DNA of 64,000 bases from Eledone cirrhosa (GCA_964016885.1 OZ024765.1:4588001-4652000); one strand, 5' to 3'. Counted from the stretch's first letter, positions 12,394 through 27,971 are shown. The notes: generated by a model from the letters alone, not told the origin. A program made the numbers and translations.

Positions 12394-13668
12394 AATATAA
12401 AATAAATATAATATAAAATATAATATAATATAAAATATAAATATAATATAAAATATAATATAAATATAATATAAAATATAATATAATATAAATATAAATA
12501 TAATATAAAATATAATATAAATATAATATAAATATAAATATAATATAAATATAAATATAAATATAATATAAAATATAATATAAATATAAATATAATATAA
12601 ATATAAATATAATATAAATATAATATAATATAAATATAAATATAATATAATATAATATAATATAAATATAAATATAATATAATATAAATATAATATAAAT
12701 ATAAATATAATATAAATATAAATATAATATAATATAAATATAATATAAATATAAATATAATATAAATATAAATATAATATAATATAAATATAAATATAAT
12801 ATAATATAAAATATAATATAAATATAATATAAATTATAATATAATATAAAATATAATATAAAATATAATATAAAATATAATATAATATAAAATATAATAT
12901 AATATAATATAAAATATAATATAATATAAATATAATATAAATATAATATAATATAAAATATAATATAAAATATTAATATAATATAAAATATAATATAAAA
13001 TATAATATAGAATATAATATAATATAAAATATAATATAATATAATATAAAATATAATATAATATAATATAAAATATAATATAAATATAAATATAATATAA
13101 ATATAAATATAATATAATATAAATATAAATATAATATAATATAAAATATAATATAAATATAATATAAATTATAATATAAAATATAATATAAATATAATAT
13201 AAATATAATATAAATATAATATAAAATATAATATAAAATATAATATAAAATATAATATAAAATATAATATAATATAAAATATAATATAATATAATATAAA
13301 ATATAATATAATATAAAATATAATATAATATAATATAAAATATAATATAATATAAATATAATATAAATATAATATAATATAAAATATAATATAAAATATT
13401 AATATAATATAAAATATAATATAAAATATAATATAAAATATAATATAAAATATAATATAGAATATAATATAGAATATAATATAATATAAAATATAAATAT
13501 AAATATATAAAATATAATATAAATATAATATAAATATAATATAAAATATAATATAGAATATAATATAATATATAAAATATAATATAAATATAATATAAAA
13601 TATAATATAAAATATAATATAATATAAAATATAATATAAATATAATATAAAATATAATATAAAATAAA
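12394..13668. repeat. Almost pure A/T (AATAT/AAATAT)n satellite
   Basis: About 1.3 kb with only a handful of G bases. Confidence 0.97.
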
Positions 13669-13955
13669 ATTTTAAACAAAAGAATTATGTAGTAAAACAT
13701 AAAAAAATATATAATATACATGAATCCAAATGTAAAGAACCCAAAACAATGTATGTGTGTGTGTGTATGTGTGTTTATATGTATATATATATATGTATAT
13801 TTATCATATATATATATATGTATATTTATCATATATATATGTATATATATATATTTATATTTATAATATAAGACCCGTCCCACCCTTGCAAGCAGGGAAA
13901 AGCGGACGTAAAATGATGATGATGATGAATATATGTATATATATAAATATTTATA

Positions 13956-14001
<46 letters not shown>

Positions 14002-14156
14002 TCATCATCGCTTAACGTCTATCTTCCATGCTAACATGGGTGTGTATATTATATATATATGTATATATATATATATATATATTTATAATATATGTATATA
14101 TATATTATATATTTATAATACCTGTATATATATATGTGTTTATATATTTATAATAC

Positions 14157-14206
<50 letters not shown>

Positions 14207-14457
14207 GTTTGAATATGTATAACCTCCTCCCATATATATATATATTTATATATTTATAATACATGTATATATATATATGTATATATATAAAAGAATGTAA
14301 AAACATGAAAAACTAAAGTGTTATGTAGATTGGCATAATACATACAATTTGAAAAGCTAAGCAGTGTTGTGATATAGTTCGACAGATAATTCACATGCAA
14401 ACATATGAGTTCTGCTTATAAATAAACTTAATCAATTATTGTTGGACAAAGGTAATT

Positions 14458-14503
<46 letters not shown>

Positions 14504-14639
14504 TTTTTGTTAATATTTTGGCTTTCTTTTATATTCTTTTCATTCTGGCTCTGTAAATGTATGAAACATTTCGTCCTCAAAGCACAGCAGTATTTCTACT
14601 TCAGTTAGGCAAATTAAAAATTTTCAAATAGATTTGGGC

Positions 14640-14905
14640 TGTAACAGGTGATGGTCTGGCTCCGGGTATAGCATATAGTTTAAGGCCTCAGCAAGTGAAT
14701 GTCTGTATCTGGACCTAGCATATAGTGTAGGGCATTGGCATATAGTCTGGGCCCGAGCATAGCATATAGTTTAGGGCCTTAGCAGGTGAAAGTCTGGCCC
14801 TGGGCTTAGCATATAGCATAGGGCCTTAGCAGGTGAAAGTCTGACCCTGGGCCTAGCTTATAGCTTAGGGCCTCAGCAGGTGAGAGTCTGGCCTTGGGGC
14901 TAGCT
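14640..14905. repeat. Degenerate minisatellite of about 47 bp, 5-6 copies
   Basis: gcaggtgaaagtctggccctgggcttagcatatagcatagggccttag variants (14782, 14829...). Confidence 0.8.
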
Positions 14906-14930
14906 ACCTAGAATAAGTTCTAGATTGTCA

Positions 14931-15107
14931 TTATACTCAAATATAAGCCAATCCCACTACTTTATGTCTGAGAAATGGGCAAAAATCCAGATCTTATTTA
15001 CATAGAATTTACATAAAAATGTTAACCCTGAGTATAAGTTGACCACCTTATTCCTTCGATTTCTTTTTTGTTACATAATCTTCAGCTTATATTAAGTATA
15101 TACAGTA
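14931..15107. mobile_element. Decayed Tc1/mariner-superfamily MITE
   Basis: Ends tatactcaaatataagcc...gcttatattaagtatatacagTA resemble inverted termini with a TA target. Confidence 0.4.
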
Positions 15108-15120
15108 ATTGTATAGATAA

Positions 15121-15660
15121 TTAATTGTTTCTACTCTTGGCACAAGGCCAGCAATTATCCCAGTACATTACTGGTACTTTATTTAATCTACACCGTAAGG
15201 ATGAAAGGCAAAGTCAACCTCGGCGGGATTTGAACTCAGACCGTAAAGGGACGTAACTCTATGCTACAAAGCTTGGTGTCCGACCCTCTACCGATACTGC
15301 CAATCCAGATAAATAAATAATAATTGTTTCTACTTTAGGCACAAGGCCAGCAATTACCCCAGTACATTACTGGTACTTTATTTTATCGACCCCGGAAGGA
15401 TGAAAGGCAAAGTCAACCTCGGCGGGATTTGAACTCAGACCGTAAAGGGACGTAACTCTATGCTACAAAGCTTGGTGTCCGACCCTCTACCGATACTGCC
15501 AATCCAGATAAATAAATAATAATAATGATGATAATAATTGTTTCTACTTTTGACACAAGACCTGCAAATTACCCCAGTACATTACTGGTGCTTTATTTTA
15601 TTGACCCCGTCGGGTTGAAAGGCAATGTTAACCTCAGCAGGATTTAAACTCAGAATGTCA
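15121..15660 (-). mobile_element. Three tandem SINE family B copies
   Basis: aattgtttctact starts at about 15123, 15322 and 15537. The first two copies are almost identical, including the 3' flank. Confidence 0.85.
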
Positions 15661-15942
15661 TGGTCCCAGTTATTCATGGAATTTTCCTTAGAACCTAACT
15701 AATATTGTTCATGGAATATCTTTTGCAATTTTTTAATTGCTTTTTCATGGCAATAAATATATTTTCACACTTTTTAATACTAAATTATCAATAAGAATAT
15801 ACCGTATTTGGTGGTCTATATTTTACGTTATATTTTGACGTTTATAGGCTTTTTTATGGACCATGTCCAATATTCGTGGTTTTTTACTCTTCGCGGGTGC
15901 TCTAGAAATGTAATCCCCATGTATATCGGGGGACAATTGTAT

Positions 15943-16413
15943 ATCATCATCATCGTTAAATGTCTATCTTCCCCACTAGCATGGGTTAGACAGGAATTGT
16001 CCCACTTGAGGCAAGATTAGTTGGCTGACTATGTCTCGTTCATATAGGACTATCTGGCAGGTTTTCTATGGCTGGATGCCCTTCCTAACACCAACCACAT
16101 TTATAGTGTGGGCTGGGAGCCTTTTTACCGTGACACCTACACGACCTCTTTACAGTGTGGACTGGGTGTTTTTTGTCGTGACACCTACACGATCTCATTA
16201 GATTGGACTGGATGTTGTGATACCAACATAACTTTATAGAGAACGTGTGGTGTTGGCAGGAGTGGGAGGATGGAGTAGGGGTAGTGGGTTGGGGTGTATA
16301 TTTGGTTAGGAGGGGCCTACTGATTGTAGGTTAACTTTGCACAGAGGAAGGTGGGTCTTCTGTATTACTGCGTGGCGCCAAAGATTTTGATCCATTGACA
16401 TTGTCTTAGAGTG

Positions 16414-16420
<7 letters not shown>
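15943..16420 (-). mobile_element. SINE A-related element with RTE-derived segment
   Basis: (CAT)n, gctggatgcccttcctaacaccaac, two tttacagtgtgg modules and RTE-like gtcttctgtattactgcgtggcgcca. Confidence 0.7.
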
Positions 16421-16451
<31 letters not shown>

Positions 16452-16471
16452 GTTTACACAAGTTGGTAACA

Positions 16472-16527
<56 letters not shown>

Positions 16528-16833
16528 CATTGTACTGTAATATATAATGTATGAGAAAGTTAAGTTAACCTGTCTATTCTTGGACTTGAACAATCAACAA
16601 CCTATTTCAGCCATGCCAATGTGGAATTATTTTGATGTTAATGATGATGATGATGATGATAGTGATGATGATGATGACGGTGATGATGATGATGATGATG
16701 ATTGTGATTATAATAATGATAATGTTGATGATGACGGTGGTGATGATGAAGTACTATTTTTTCAGAAATCCTATATTTGTATAAATTTAAATTGCATTTT
16801 ATTTTATTATTATTTTTATTATTATTATTATTA

Positions 16834-17251
16834 CTCTTTGAGTCTCAGTCATTGATGTTAGTTAACTGGAAAGTTTGTTGAGATGAATATCAAGCCACTA
16901 CCTGCAGCCTCAGATATTCAGGACGTATCGGAGGGTTCTTGCTGTTCCCAGCAAGCATGCCTTTTGAAGCATTCCAAAAAGCGTGAAGGGGCCAATTTTC
17001 TTTAACCATCCCTGGAAACTTTTTGAGATAGTCCCTAGTGCGCCTATGACAATCGGGATAACTTTGAATTCATGGCAGTTCCAAATCCTTTTTACCTCCC
17101 ACTTTAAGTCCTGGTATCGGTTAATTTTCTCCCTCTCCTTCTTTTGCACTCTCGTGTCGAATGGGCAGGCCACATCCACAATCAGGCACAATCTTTTTTC
17201 TTTGTCCAAAATCACCAGGTCAGGTCTATTGTGTTCCAGTTTCTTGTCCAT
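16834..17251 (-). mobile_element. 5'-truncated R4/Dong-like non-LTR retrotransposon (RLE domain plus 3' UTR)
   Basis: ORF 16910-17251 reads HNRPDLVILD...IVDVACPFD...EREKINRYQDL...VIPIVIGALG...LQKACLLGTARTLR, a PD-(D/E)xK RLE C-terminus. Flanked by (TAA)n on both sides. Confidence 0.88.
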
Positions 17252-17260
17252 TTTTTATTA

Positions 17261-17296
<36 letters not shown>

Positions 17297-17824
17297 CAGT
17301 ATTATTATCATCACTATTATTAATGTTATCCACTTGTCTTTTATCCAATATCATTCATGGCCATTGTTTTTATTTACAAATTTTATAAAGAAAATTTTAT
17401 GAAGACATTCTCAAGTTTATGTTGGTAGCTGTGAAGCAAAATTTAATTGAATTTAGAGAATAAGCAACTTCTAGCTCATCTTATATGAGATATATTTTAT
17501 CAAAACTCCCAAAAATAAAAAAAATTAAAAAAACGACAGCAATAAAGAAACAGTTTGTTTGTTGCATGTTTTTCCTGTTTAAAGAGAATTTAAATTAACT
17601 TAAAGAATCTTGTTTGAGAAAAAATATCAATACTAACCATTCTTCCTTACAGCTTTAGCTAACAAATAATTTAATCTATTGGAGCTGTGTGTATGTCATT
17701 GCATTAAGTGAGTGAGTGGTTTACTTCATATACTTAATTCTTGTAGCCTCTTATTGATTTACAGCCACCAGACTGTGGCCATGATGGGGCAATATATATA
17801 TATATGAGGGAGTTGTGGTAGGGA

Positions 17825-18283
17825 ACCAGATGGACCATAACGCACCAGGGTACTCAATACTTAGGGTAGTAGAGTGGGTAATAGGAAAATGTATGACCCC
17901 GTTTGTAGTCATCAGAGCATTATCAATGTTTGCACATATAATTAACCTCCTATTTAACTGAACAATAATATAGATACATATAAATTGATGTTGTGAGCAA
18001 CAGTTTCGTATTTACAGGGTGGAATGGGTGTGACATATATTTTACGAGAATTGTTCAATAATTGTACAAACATTCAAATCAAAATCAAAATCAAAAGCAT
18101 GGAGTGGAATACATGCGACAGTTAAAACAAGGGAATAGTCCAAATATTAAAGAGGCATTGAGGAAGCAGTTTTGAGAGAGGAAGAATGCGATAACAAATC
18201 ATATGCAGGCATGTGGATAGTGTGACTACGTAGGTCATATACATGAGAAGGTGACAAGCTTGTCTCCTTCTCATGTATATGAC
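17825..18283 (-). mobile_element. Penelope-like/fold-back family fragment ending in a 50-bp palindrome
   Basis: 17825-17900 matches 46772-46848. Minus-strand CTGATGA at about 17909 lacks a downstream GAAA. Palindrome 18234-18283 is centred on aagctt. Confidence 0.5.
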
Positions 18284-18503
18284 AACTTTGATAATTGTAT
18301 AATTTATTTATTTAACTGCTCTGTAAAACAACTGAGGTTAACTTTGCCTTTCATCCTTACGAGGTCGATTAAATAAAGTACCAGTAATACACTGGGATAA
18401 TTGCTGGCCTTGTGCCAAAAGTAGAAACAATTAAATGATTTGAACACAACTTTGATAATTGTATAATTTATTTATATATATACATATATACATATATATA
18501 TAT

Positions 18504-18580
<77 letters not shown>

Positions 18581-18766
18581 ATCATTACATTATTGACAAT
18601 CAACAGTGGGTTAATTGATATCATCCGATAAAGCAAGATCAATTAATTAGTGGTCAATAAATATCCAATTAGCTTATCACTGCATCCCTTAGCAATAGAA
18701 CTATCCACGAGTCTCTAGCAAATAGAATCTCTATATTTTGAAAATAGAATTGCTGTATGGTGGCCA

Positions 18767-19565
18767 TTCTGGAGTACTGTCTTGAAGGGTGTCAGACACT
18801 AGACTGTGGCCATGCTGGGGCACTGTCTTGAAGGGTGTCAGACACTAGACTGTGGCCATTCTGGAGTACTGTCTTGAAGGGTGTCAGACACTAGACTGTG
18901 GCCATGCTGGGGCACTGTCTTGAAGGGTGTCAAACACTAGACTGTGGCCATGCTGGGGCACTGTCTTGAAGGGTGTCAAACACTAGACTGTGGCCATGCT
19001 GGGGCACTGTCTTGAAGGGTGTCAGACACTAGACTGTGGCCATGCTGGGGCACTGTCTTGAAGGGTGTCAGACACTAGACTGTGGCCATGCTGGGGCACT
19101 GTCTTGAAGGGTGTCAGACACTAGACTGTGGCCATGCTGGGGCACTGTCTTGAAGGGTGTCAGACACTAGACTGTGGCCATGCTGGGGCACTGTCTTGAA
19201 GGGTGTCAGACACTAGACTGTGGCCATGCTGGGGCACTGTCTTGAAGGGTGTCAGACACTAGACTGTGGCCATGCTGGGGCACTGTCTTGAAGGGTGTCA
19301 GACACTAGACTGTGGCCATGCTGGGGCACTGTCTTGAAGGGTGTCAGACACTAGACTGTGGCCATGCTGGGGCACTGTCTTGAAGGGTGTCAGTCATTAG
19401 ACTGTGGCCATGCTGGGGCACTGTCTTGAAGGGTGTGTCATTAGACTGTGGCCATTCTGGAGTACTGTCTTGAAGGGTGTCAGTCATTAGACTGTGGCCA
19501 TTCTGGAGTACTGTCTTGAAGGATTTCAGTCATCAGAGTGTGGCCATGCTGGAGCACTGCCTTAA
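18767..19565. repeat. 46-bp minisatellite, about 17 copies
   Basis: Unit gactgtggccatgctggggcactgtcttgaagggtgtcagacacta. A monomer-like motif also occurs at about 17770. Confidence 0.96.
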
Positions 19566-19760
19566 AGGATGCAGTGTCTCAACAGCTAACAACTGATGCA
19601 GGGAGCTTGTTCCATGTTTCAGCAACTCTGAGCGTGAAAAAATGTTTCCAAAAGTCATGGGAATTGTGCTGCTTTCTGACTTTGTGGGCATGCCCACATG
19701 TGTTAGACACATGGAAATCAAAAAGGTACTCAGGGTTGTTGTTGGTAAGATGGTTAATAA
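19560..19760 (-). mobile_element. CR1-type LINE ORF2 C-terminal fragment
   Basis: Same sequence as 26550-26750, which encodes RKQH...FFTLRVAE.WNKLP. Confidence 0.8.
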
Positions 19761-19781
19761 TAATTTTTTTTCTGTATCAAG

Positions 19782-20310
19782 CCAGAATTCTGTTCAAACC
19801 AGGTGTCACTGGCCATTCATTCCAACATCAAGGTATTGTTCTCCAAATAAATAACGTTAAAATCTCGTAGCTTCGATATTATGTGAGAAAAAGTCTTTAT
19901 CATGTAAATATAATTGTTTCTACTTTTGGCACAAGGCCAGCAATTATCCCAGTGCATTACTGGTACTTTATTTTATCGACCCCGTAAGGATGTAAGCCAA
20001 AGCTAACCTCGGCGGGATTTGAACTCAAACCGTAAAGGGCCGTAACTCTATGCTGCAAAGCATGGTATCCGGCCCTCTACCGCTACTGCCAATCCACCAC
20101 CCTTTATCATGTAAATATAATAGTATATAATATATGATAATTGTTTCTACTTTTGCCACAAGGCCAGCAATTATCCCAGTGCATTACTGGTACTTTACTT
20201 TATCGACCCCGTAAGGATGAAAGGCGGCGGCATTTGAACTCAGACCATAAAGGGCCGTAACTCTTTGCTGCAAAGCATGGCGCTAGACCCTTATAAATGC
20301 TAAAGGGTTA
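19782..20310. mobile_element. piggyBac-type MITE interrupted by two SINE B insertions
   Basis: MITE body, then a SINE flanked by the 20-bp direct repeat ctttatcatgtaaatataat (19895-19914 and 20102-20121), a second SINE, and the end taaatgctaaagggTTAA. Confidence 0.75.
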
Positions 20311-20374
20311 AGGGAAAACACCCCAACAGTAGAGCAGTGTTTATTACAGGAATATGCATGAATCTCTGGAGGAA

Positions 20375-21250
20375 TCATCATCATCATCATCATCACCGTT
20401 TTACGTCCGTTCTTCCACGCTAGCATGGGTTAGACGGGTTGTCCTGTTGTGGGCAGTGTCTGGTCGGCTGACCATGCCTTGCTCATACAGGAACTGATCT
20501 GGCTTGATTTCTACAGCTGGATGCCCTTCCTAACACCAACCTCATTTACAGTGAGTGCTGGGTGCTTTTTCGTGGCGCCTACACGTCCACTTTACAGTGT
20601 GGGCTGGGTGCTTTTTCGTGGCGCCTACACGTCCACTTTACAGTGTGGGCTGGGTGCTTTTTCGTGGCGCCTACACGTCCACTTTACAGTGTGGGCTGGG
20701 TGCATTTTTGTGGCGCCTACACGTCCACTTTACAGTGTGGGCTGGGTGCTTTTTTGTGGCGCCTACACGTCCACTTTACAGTGTGGGCTGGGTGCTTTTT
20801 TGTGGCGCCTACACGTCCACTTTACAGTGAGTGCTGGGTGCTTTTTTGTGGCGCCTACACGTCCACTTTACAGTGTGGGCTGGGTGCTTTTTTGTGGCGC
20901 CTACACGTCCACTTTACAGTGTGGGCTGGGTGCTTTTTTGTGGCGCCTACACGTCCACTTTACAGTGTGGGCTGGGTGCTTTTTTGTGGCGCCTACACGT
21001 CCACTTTACAGTGTGGGCTGGGTGCTTTTTTGTGGCGCCTACACGTCCACTTTACAGTGAGTGCTGGGTGCTTTTTTGTGGCGCCTACACGTCCACTTTA
21101 CAGTGTGGGCTGGGTGCTTTTTTGCCGTGGCACCTACACGTCCACTTTACAGTGTGGGCTGGGTGCTTTCTTGCCGTGGCACCTCCACGTCCACTTTACA
21201 GTGTGGGCTGGGTGCTTTCTTGCCGTGGCACCTCCACGACCACCTTGCGG
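20375..21250 (-). mobile_element. SINE A 3' part with internal 46-bp VNTR (about 15 copies)
   Basis: (CAT)n-ttttacgtcc...gctggatgcccttcctaacaccaac followed by (tttacagtgtgggctgggtgcttttttgtggcgcctacacgtccac)n. Confidence 0.9.
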
Positions 21251-21570
21251 TGGGGGGAGTGGGGGCATATTGTTTATATGCTTCAGCATGTACCCATGGG
21301 AGGTCGGGTACTCTGTATTATGCTCTATATAATGCACTACTAATATTTCAGTAGAGTGTTTGCCAACAATTTTCCTAATTACTTACATGTTATCTCGAAG
21401 CAAACTCATCCTTCCATCAATATCTTTCAAAATTTAATCTTTATCCTAAGATGTATGGCTCTACAGTAATCGCTTTAGCTCTGCCCATTTCCAAACAAAT
21501 TTTATACCACATAAATCACAAAAACATCATTAGTTGATTCAGACATGCCAAACTTTTATGTATGTATAGA

Positions 21571-21609
<39 letters not shown>

Positions 21610-21647
21610 CTGTATGTATGTATGTATGTATTTATATATATGTATAT

Positions 21648-21710
<63 letters not shown>

Positions 21711-21760
21711 CATCATCATCATTTTACATCTGCTTTTCCCTGCTTGCAAAGGTGTATATA

Positions 21761-21832
<72 letters not shown>

Positions 21833-21883
21833 GATATTGGAATTGAATAATCAAGACCGTAGCCGTATGTCAAATATCAAATC

Positions 21884-21955
21884 ATATATTTTGTCTGAAG
21901 AGGACGTACTGAAAAAACAACACAGTACCTCTGAAATATATATAATAAAGTATAT
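21884..21955 (+). ncRNA. Minimal type-I hammerhead ribozyme motif
   Basis: ATATATTTTGT-CTGAAGA-GGACGTACTG..CAGTACCTCT-GAAA-T-ATAT-A-TA|ATAAAGTATAT. Stem I is 11 bp including GU pairs. Predicted cut after 21944. Confidence 0.75.
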
Positions 21956-22247
21956 ATTTTGATTATGAGAATATATTTCATTTGTTAATATTTTGAATCA
22001 TCATCATCATCATCGTTTAACGTCCATTTTCCATCTAGCAGGGGTCTGGACTGTAATTGTCCTACTTGAGGCAAGATTGGTTGTCTTGCTCAGGACTGTC
22101 TGGCGGGTTTTCTACGGCTGGATGCCCTTCCTAACACCAACCTCATTTACAGTGTGGGGCTGGGAGGTTTTTACCGTGTTACCTACACGGCCACATTACA
22201 GCGTGGACTGTGTGTTTTTTTGTCGTGACACCTACACGACCTCATTT

Positions 22248-23212
<965 letters not shown>

Positions 23213-23221
23213 TGGCTCAGT

Positions 23222-24365
23222 AGTTACCGATGATGTTGATCTTTTCTTCTTTTCATGTTATAGCTAATGTCTCTCAGAGAGTGGGATTGGCTCAGTGCAC
23301 AGTCTTTCCTCACTTTAAAAATATCTTCACGCACAGGCATTGCACGATAGAATTAATTAATCATCATTAATAATGTTATTATTTATAAGATCTCAACTGA
23401 ATGGCTGGCTGTACTCTTAAAAAGCAACCAATAAATGATGTCCTAAAACAGTATAAAAGTAAATGGCAGTAAGGGTTCTGAAACCACACCAGATGAAAGG
23501 GTCTGGCCCAGCAGGGTCCCCAGGGCATCACAGCTTGGACTCAGCCATCATTTTGTCACTGTGATAGAACCGATAAAATTTAAGACAAACAAAACATTGG
23601 CTGTTGGAATGTACGGACACTGCTTGACAGTGATTCCTCAGAACATCCTGAACAAAGGACTGCTCTTGTTGTGAAGGAGCTTCCTCGTTATGATGTTGAC
23701 AGCGCTGCTTTATCCGAGACGAGGTTAGCTGGAGATGGTCATCTTACGGAGAGGGAGAGATGAAGGGATTAGAAGAGAAGCTGGGGTAGCATTTGCTGTT
23801 AAGACTGCTGTTCTTGTGGATAAGTTGGAAGGACTTCCGGCAGGGATTAGTGAGCGTCTTAGTGAGAATTCCATTAGACAAAGGAAGGTATACAGCCCTG
23901 GTGAGTGTGTATGCTCCTACTATGAATTCTGTTAATGAGGCAAAGGTATCTTTCTATCATGCTTTGAAATGTCCTATAAGAAATATCCCTTAGGCAGATA
24001 AGGTCATCGTGCTTGGGGACTTTAATGCTAGAGTGGGTAGGGATTTTAGCACATGGATTGTAATCGGAAGGCATGGGGTGGGAAAGTGTAACAACAATGC
24101 TATGTTCCTGCAGCAGATGTGTGAGGAGCTGGATCTGTGTGTTAACAACACCATGTTTCAGCAAAAGAATAAGTTTAAGACCACATGGATGCACCCTGCA
24201 TCTAAGGAATGGCATCTTCTCTACTACATCCTTGTCAGGGTGCGTGGCAGATGGGATGTGCAGTGTGTTTGAAATAAACTACAAAACATAAAATCTGGGC
24301 TGCTGGTGTTTATCTGTCTAAAAGACTGAATGTTGCTCATCTAAGGGATAAGAGTGTGAAGAGGA
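23222..24365 (+). pseudogene. RTE-clade LINE 5' region: 5' UTR plus decayed apurinic-type endonuclease
   Basis: From about 23595: IGCWNVRTLLD..PEQRTALVVKEL..YDVD.AALSETR..., VSVYAPT, VLGDFNARVG, GRHGVGKCN, TTWMHP.SKEWHL. Contains frameshifts and stops. Confidence 0.9.
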
Positions 24366-24466
24366 CATTACAAGAAGAAATGAATATTTAGTGTGTCTGG
24401 AAATGTTAGAGGAAGGAAATAATACACAGATCAATAATTAGTCAAGAATTACTGCTGTTCTATTAC

Positions 24467-25187
24467 ATTACTACCATACTATTATTATATTACTACCATA
24501 CTATTATATTACTACCATACTATTACTATATTACTACCATACTATTATATTACTACCATACTATTACTATATTACTACCATACTATTATTATATTACTAC
24601 CATACTATTACTATATTACTACCATACTATTATATTACTACCATACTATTACTATATTACTACCATACTATTATATTACTACCATACTATTACTATATTA
24701 CTACCATACTATTATTATATTACTACCATACTATTACTATATTACTACCATACTATTATATTACTACCATACTATTACTATATTACTACCATACTATTAT
24801 TATATTACTACCATACTATTACTATATTACTACCATACTATTATATTACTACCATACTATTACTATATTACTACCAAGGCAGTGGATTGGCAGTATCGGT
24901 AGAGGGTCGGACGCCATGCTTTGATGCATAGAGTTATGACCCTTGCCATTCTGAGTTCAAATCCCGCCGAGGTTGACTTTGCCTTTCATCCTTACGGGGT
25001 CGATAAAATAAAGTACCAGTAATGCACTGGGTAATTGCTGGCCTTGTGCCTAAAGTAGAAACAATTATATTACTTCCATACTATTATATTACTACCATAC
25101 TATTATATTACTACCTTACTATTATTGTATTACTACCATACTATTACTATATTACTACCATACTATTACTATATTACTACCATACTA
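24467..25187. repeat. 19/22-bp minisatellite (tactaccatactatt(at/ac)tatat) with a SINE B inserted at 24877-25066
   Basis: The repeat continues on both sides of an intact SINE B. Confidence 0.9.
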
Positions 25188-25296
25188 CGAGTATCCAGCC
25201 CGACTATTTCTATGTCCCCACACATATACATACATATGCATACACATATATACATACACACATATCTACATATGCACATACATATACACATGTGCA

Positions 25297-25330
<34 letters not shown>

Positions 25331-25949
25331 CACATGTACATACATATACACATGTGCATACATACATACATACATATATACACACATACATACATACATA
25401 CATACATACATACACATATATACATACACACATATCTACACATGTACATACATATACACATGTGCATACATACATACATACATACATATATATATACATA
25501 CATACATACACATATATACATACACACATATCTACACATGTACATACATATACACATGTGCATACATACATACATACATACATATATATATACATACATA
25601 CATACACATATATACATACACACATATCTACACATGTACATACATATACACATGTGCATACATACATACATACATACATATATACACATACATACATACA
25701 TACACACACATACACACATATATACACATGTACATACATATACACATGTGCATACATATATACACACATATATACACATGTGCATACATATACACATGTG
25801 CATACATACATACATACATATTTCTGCGGCAGGTGTTGTGACCAGTAGACAGTAAAAAGTATCAGCAATAGAAAAAGCAATGGAAACATTGTTTCCTAGG
25901 TCCAGTTTGACTAGTTCCACCATCCACACTCAGTAAATGAATGAGGTCT

Positions 25950-26830
25950 CGTATCTTAAAAAATAATAATAATAATGAAATTATTGTGTAAAGTGCTCAG
26001 GTGCACTACAACTCGTCAAAGGTGTATGTATAGTACATAGAATAATACACAAATGTCAGGGAAGTACATGTGTGTATGTGTTAGCTGTAGTGTTGGCGGA
26101 TCTTGGGAAGCATGGAGGCCTTAAAGGATGCAGTGTCTCGACAGCAAACAACTGATGCAGGGAGTTTGTTCCATGGAGGTTTTAAAGGACGCAGTGTCTC
26201 GACAGCTAACAACTGATGCAGGGAGTTTGTTCCATGGAGGTTTTAAAGGATGCAGTGTCTCGACAGCTAACAACTGACGTAGGCAGTTTGTTCCATGGAG
26301 GTTTTAAAGGATGCAGTGTCTCGACAGCTAACAACTGATGCAGGTAGTTTGTTCCATGGAGGTTTTAAAGGATGCAGTGTCTCGACAGCTAACAACTGAT
26401 GCAGGTAGTTTGTTCCATGGAGGCCTTAAAGGATGCAGTGTCTCGACAGCTAACAACTGATGCAGGGAGTTTGTTCCATGGAGGTTTTAAAGGATGCAGT
26501 GTCTCGACAGCTAACAACTGATGCAGGTAGTTTGTTCCATGGAGGTTTTAAAGGATGCAGTGTCTCGACAGCTAACAACTGATGCAGGTAGTTTGTTCCA
26601 TGCTTCAGCAACTCTGAGCGTGAAAAAATGTTTCCGAAAGTCATGGGAACTGTGCTGTTTTCTTACTTTGTGGGCATGTCCACGTGTGTTAGACACATGG
26701 AAATCAAAAAGGTACTCAGGGTTGTTGTTGGCAACATGGTTAACAATTTTGTGGGTGTTTACCAAGTCAGTTGCCAGGTGTCGGAGCTTCAATGTATCCA
26801 TACCCAATGTATCCATCAAATCAATTGATA
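25950..26830 (-). mobile_element. CR1-type LINE 3' end with internal 61-bp tandem expansion (about 8 copies)
   Basis: ORF 26511-26819 reads SNTRGHAHKVRKQH..FRKHFFTLRVAEAWNKLPASVV..SFK. Repeat unit catggaggttttaaaggatgcagtgtctcgacagctaacaactgatgcaggtagtttgttc (26111, 26172...). Confidence 0.88.
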
Positions 26831-27971
26831 AGAAATAATCACAAAATCTTTACTCATTCATTTTATTTTAAATGAATTTTAATATTTTTTAAATTTCTGG
26901 TAAACCTCTAAATTTTTAATTTAGAGAAAAGCTTCCCTGGGGTGAAGTATTTAAAAAAAAATTTAATCTCAGCTGACAACATAAATATTGGATAAAGAAA
27001 AAATATATAGAAATTGCTTTAAAGTAAATAAAAAAGCTAAATATTTTTATATATTTTGATGTTGTTCAGAAATATCTTGTTTACCAACACAAGATGGCGT
27101 GTACATCTTTTATCACCATCATTCATCATCATCATTATCATCATCTTCACCATCACCATCTTCATCTTCATCACCATCATCATCACCATCACCACCAACA
27201 TCATCATCACCACCACCATCACCATCACCACCATCAACACCAACATCATCTTCACCATTATCATCATCACCATCTTCTTCACCATCATCATCATCACCAT
27301 CATTATCACCACCAGCAAAATCACCACCACCATTTTATCACCATCTTCATCATCAACATCATCATCATCATCACCATTATCACCATCGTCACCACCACCA
27401 CCAACATCACCATCATCACCATCACCACCACTATGTGTGTCTCTATTTGTGTGTGTCTATTTGTGTGTGTGTCTATTTGTGTGTGTGTCTATTTGTGTGT
27501 GTGTGTGTGTCTTTTTGTGTGTGTGTCTATTTGTGTGTGTGTCTTTATGTATGTCTATTGTGTGTATGTGTGTGTGTCTGTGTGTGTCTATTTCTATGTA
27601 TGTGTACATATCTATATGTGTGTGTATGTATATCTATGTGTGTATGTGTCTATATGTGTGTGTGTGTGTGACTGTTTATTGTCCAAGCTAAAATATAAAT
27701 ACTGACAAGAATGAAGAGCTACTCTAGATTGTTTGTATTTAAAGAAATCCCCATATTTTCTATGGAACTCTCACCAATTTAGCAACATCTTCAATAGAGC
27801 CACAGGAATTCTACAATACTTCTGATAAATGGATGGCTATATTCCTAGCAATAGTCTGCAGCTCTATTGAAAATTATGTTATTTATAGTCAAATATGTGT
27901 ATAGGAGAGACGGCTAGTAGATAGAGAGTTAGAGAGTTAGATTCAAAATTGTGAGGTTGCGAGTTTGATTT

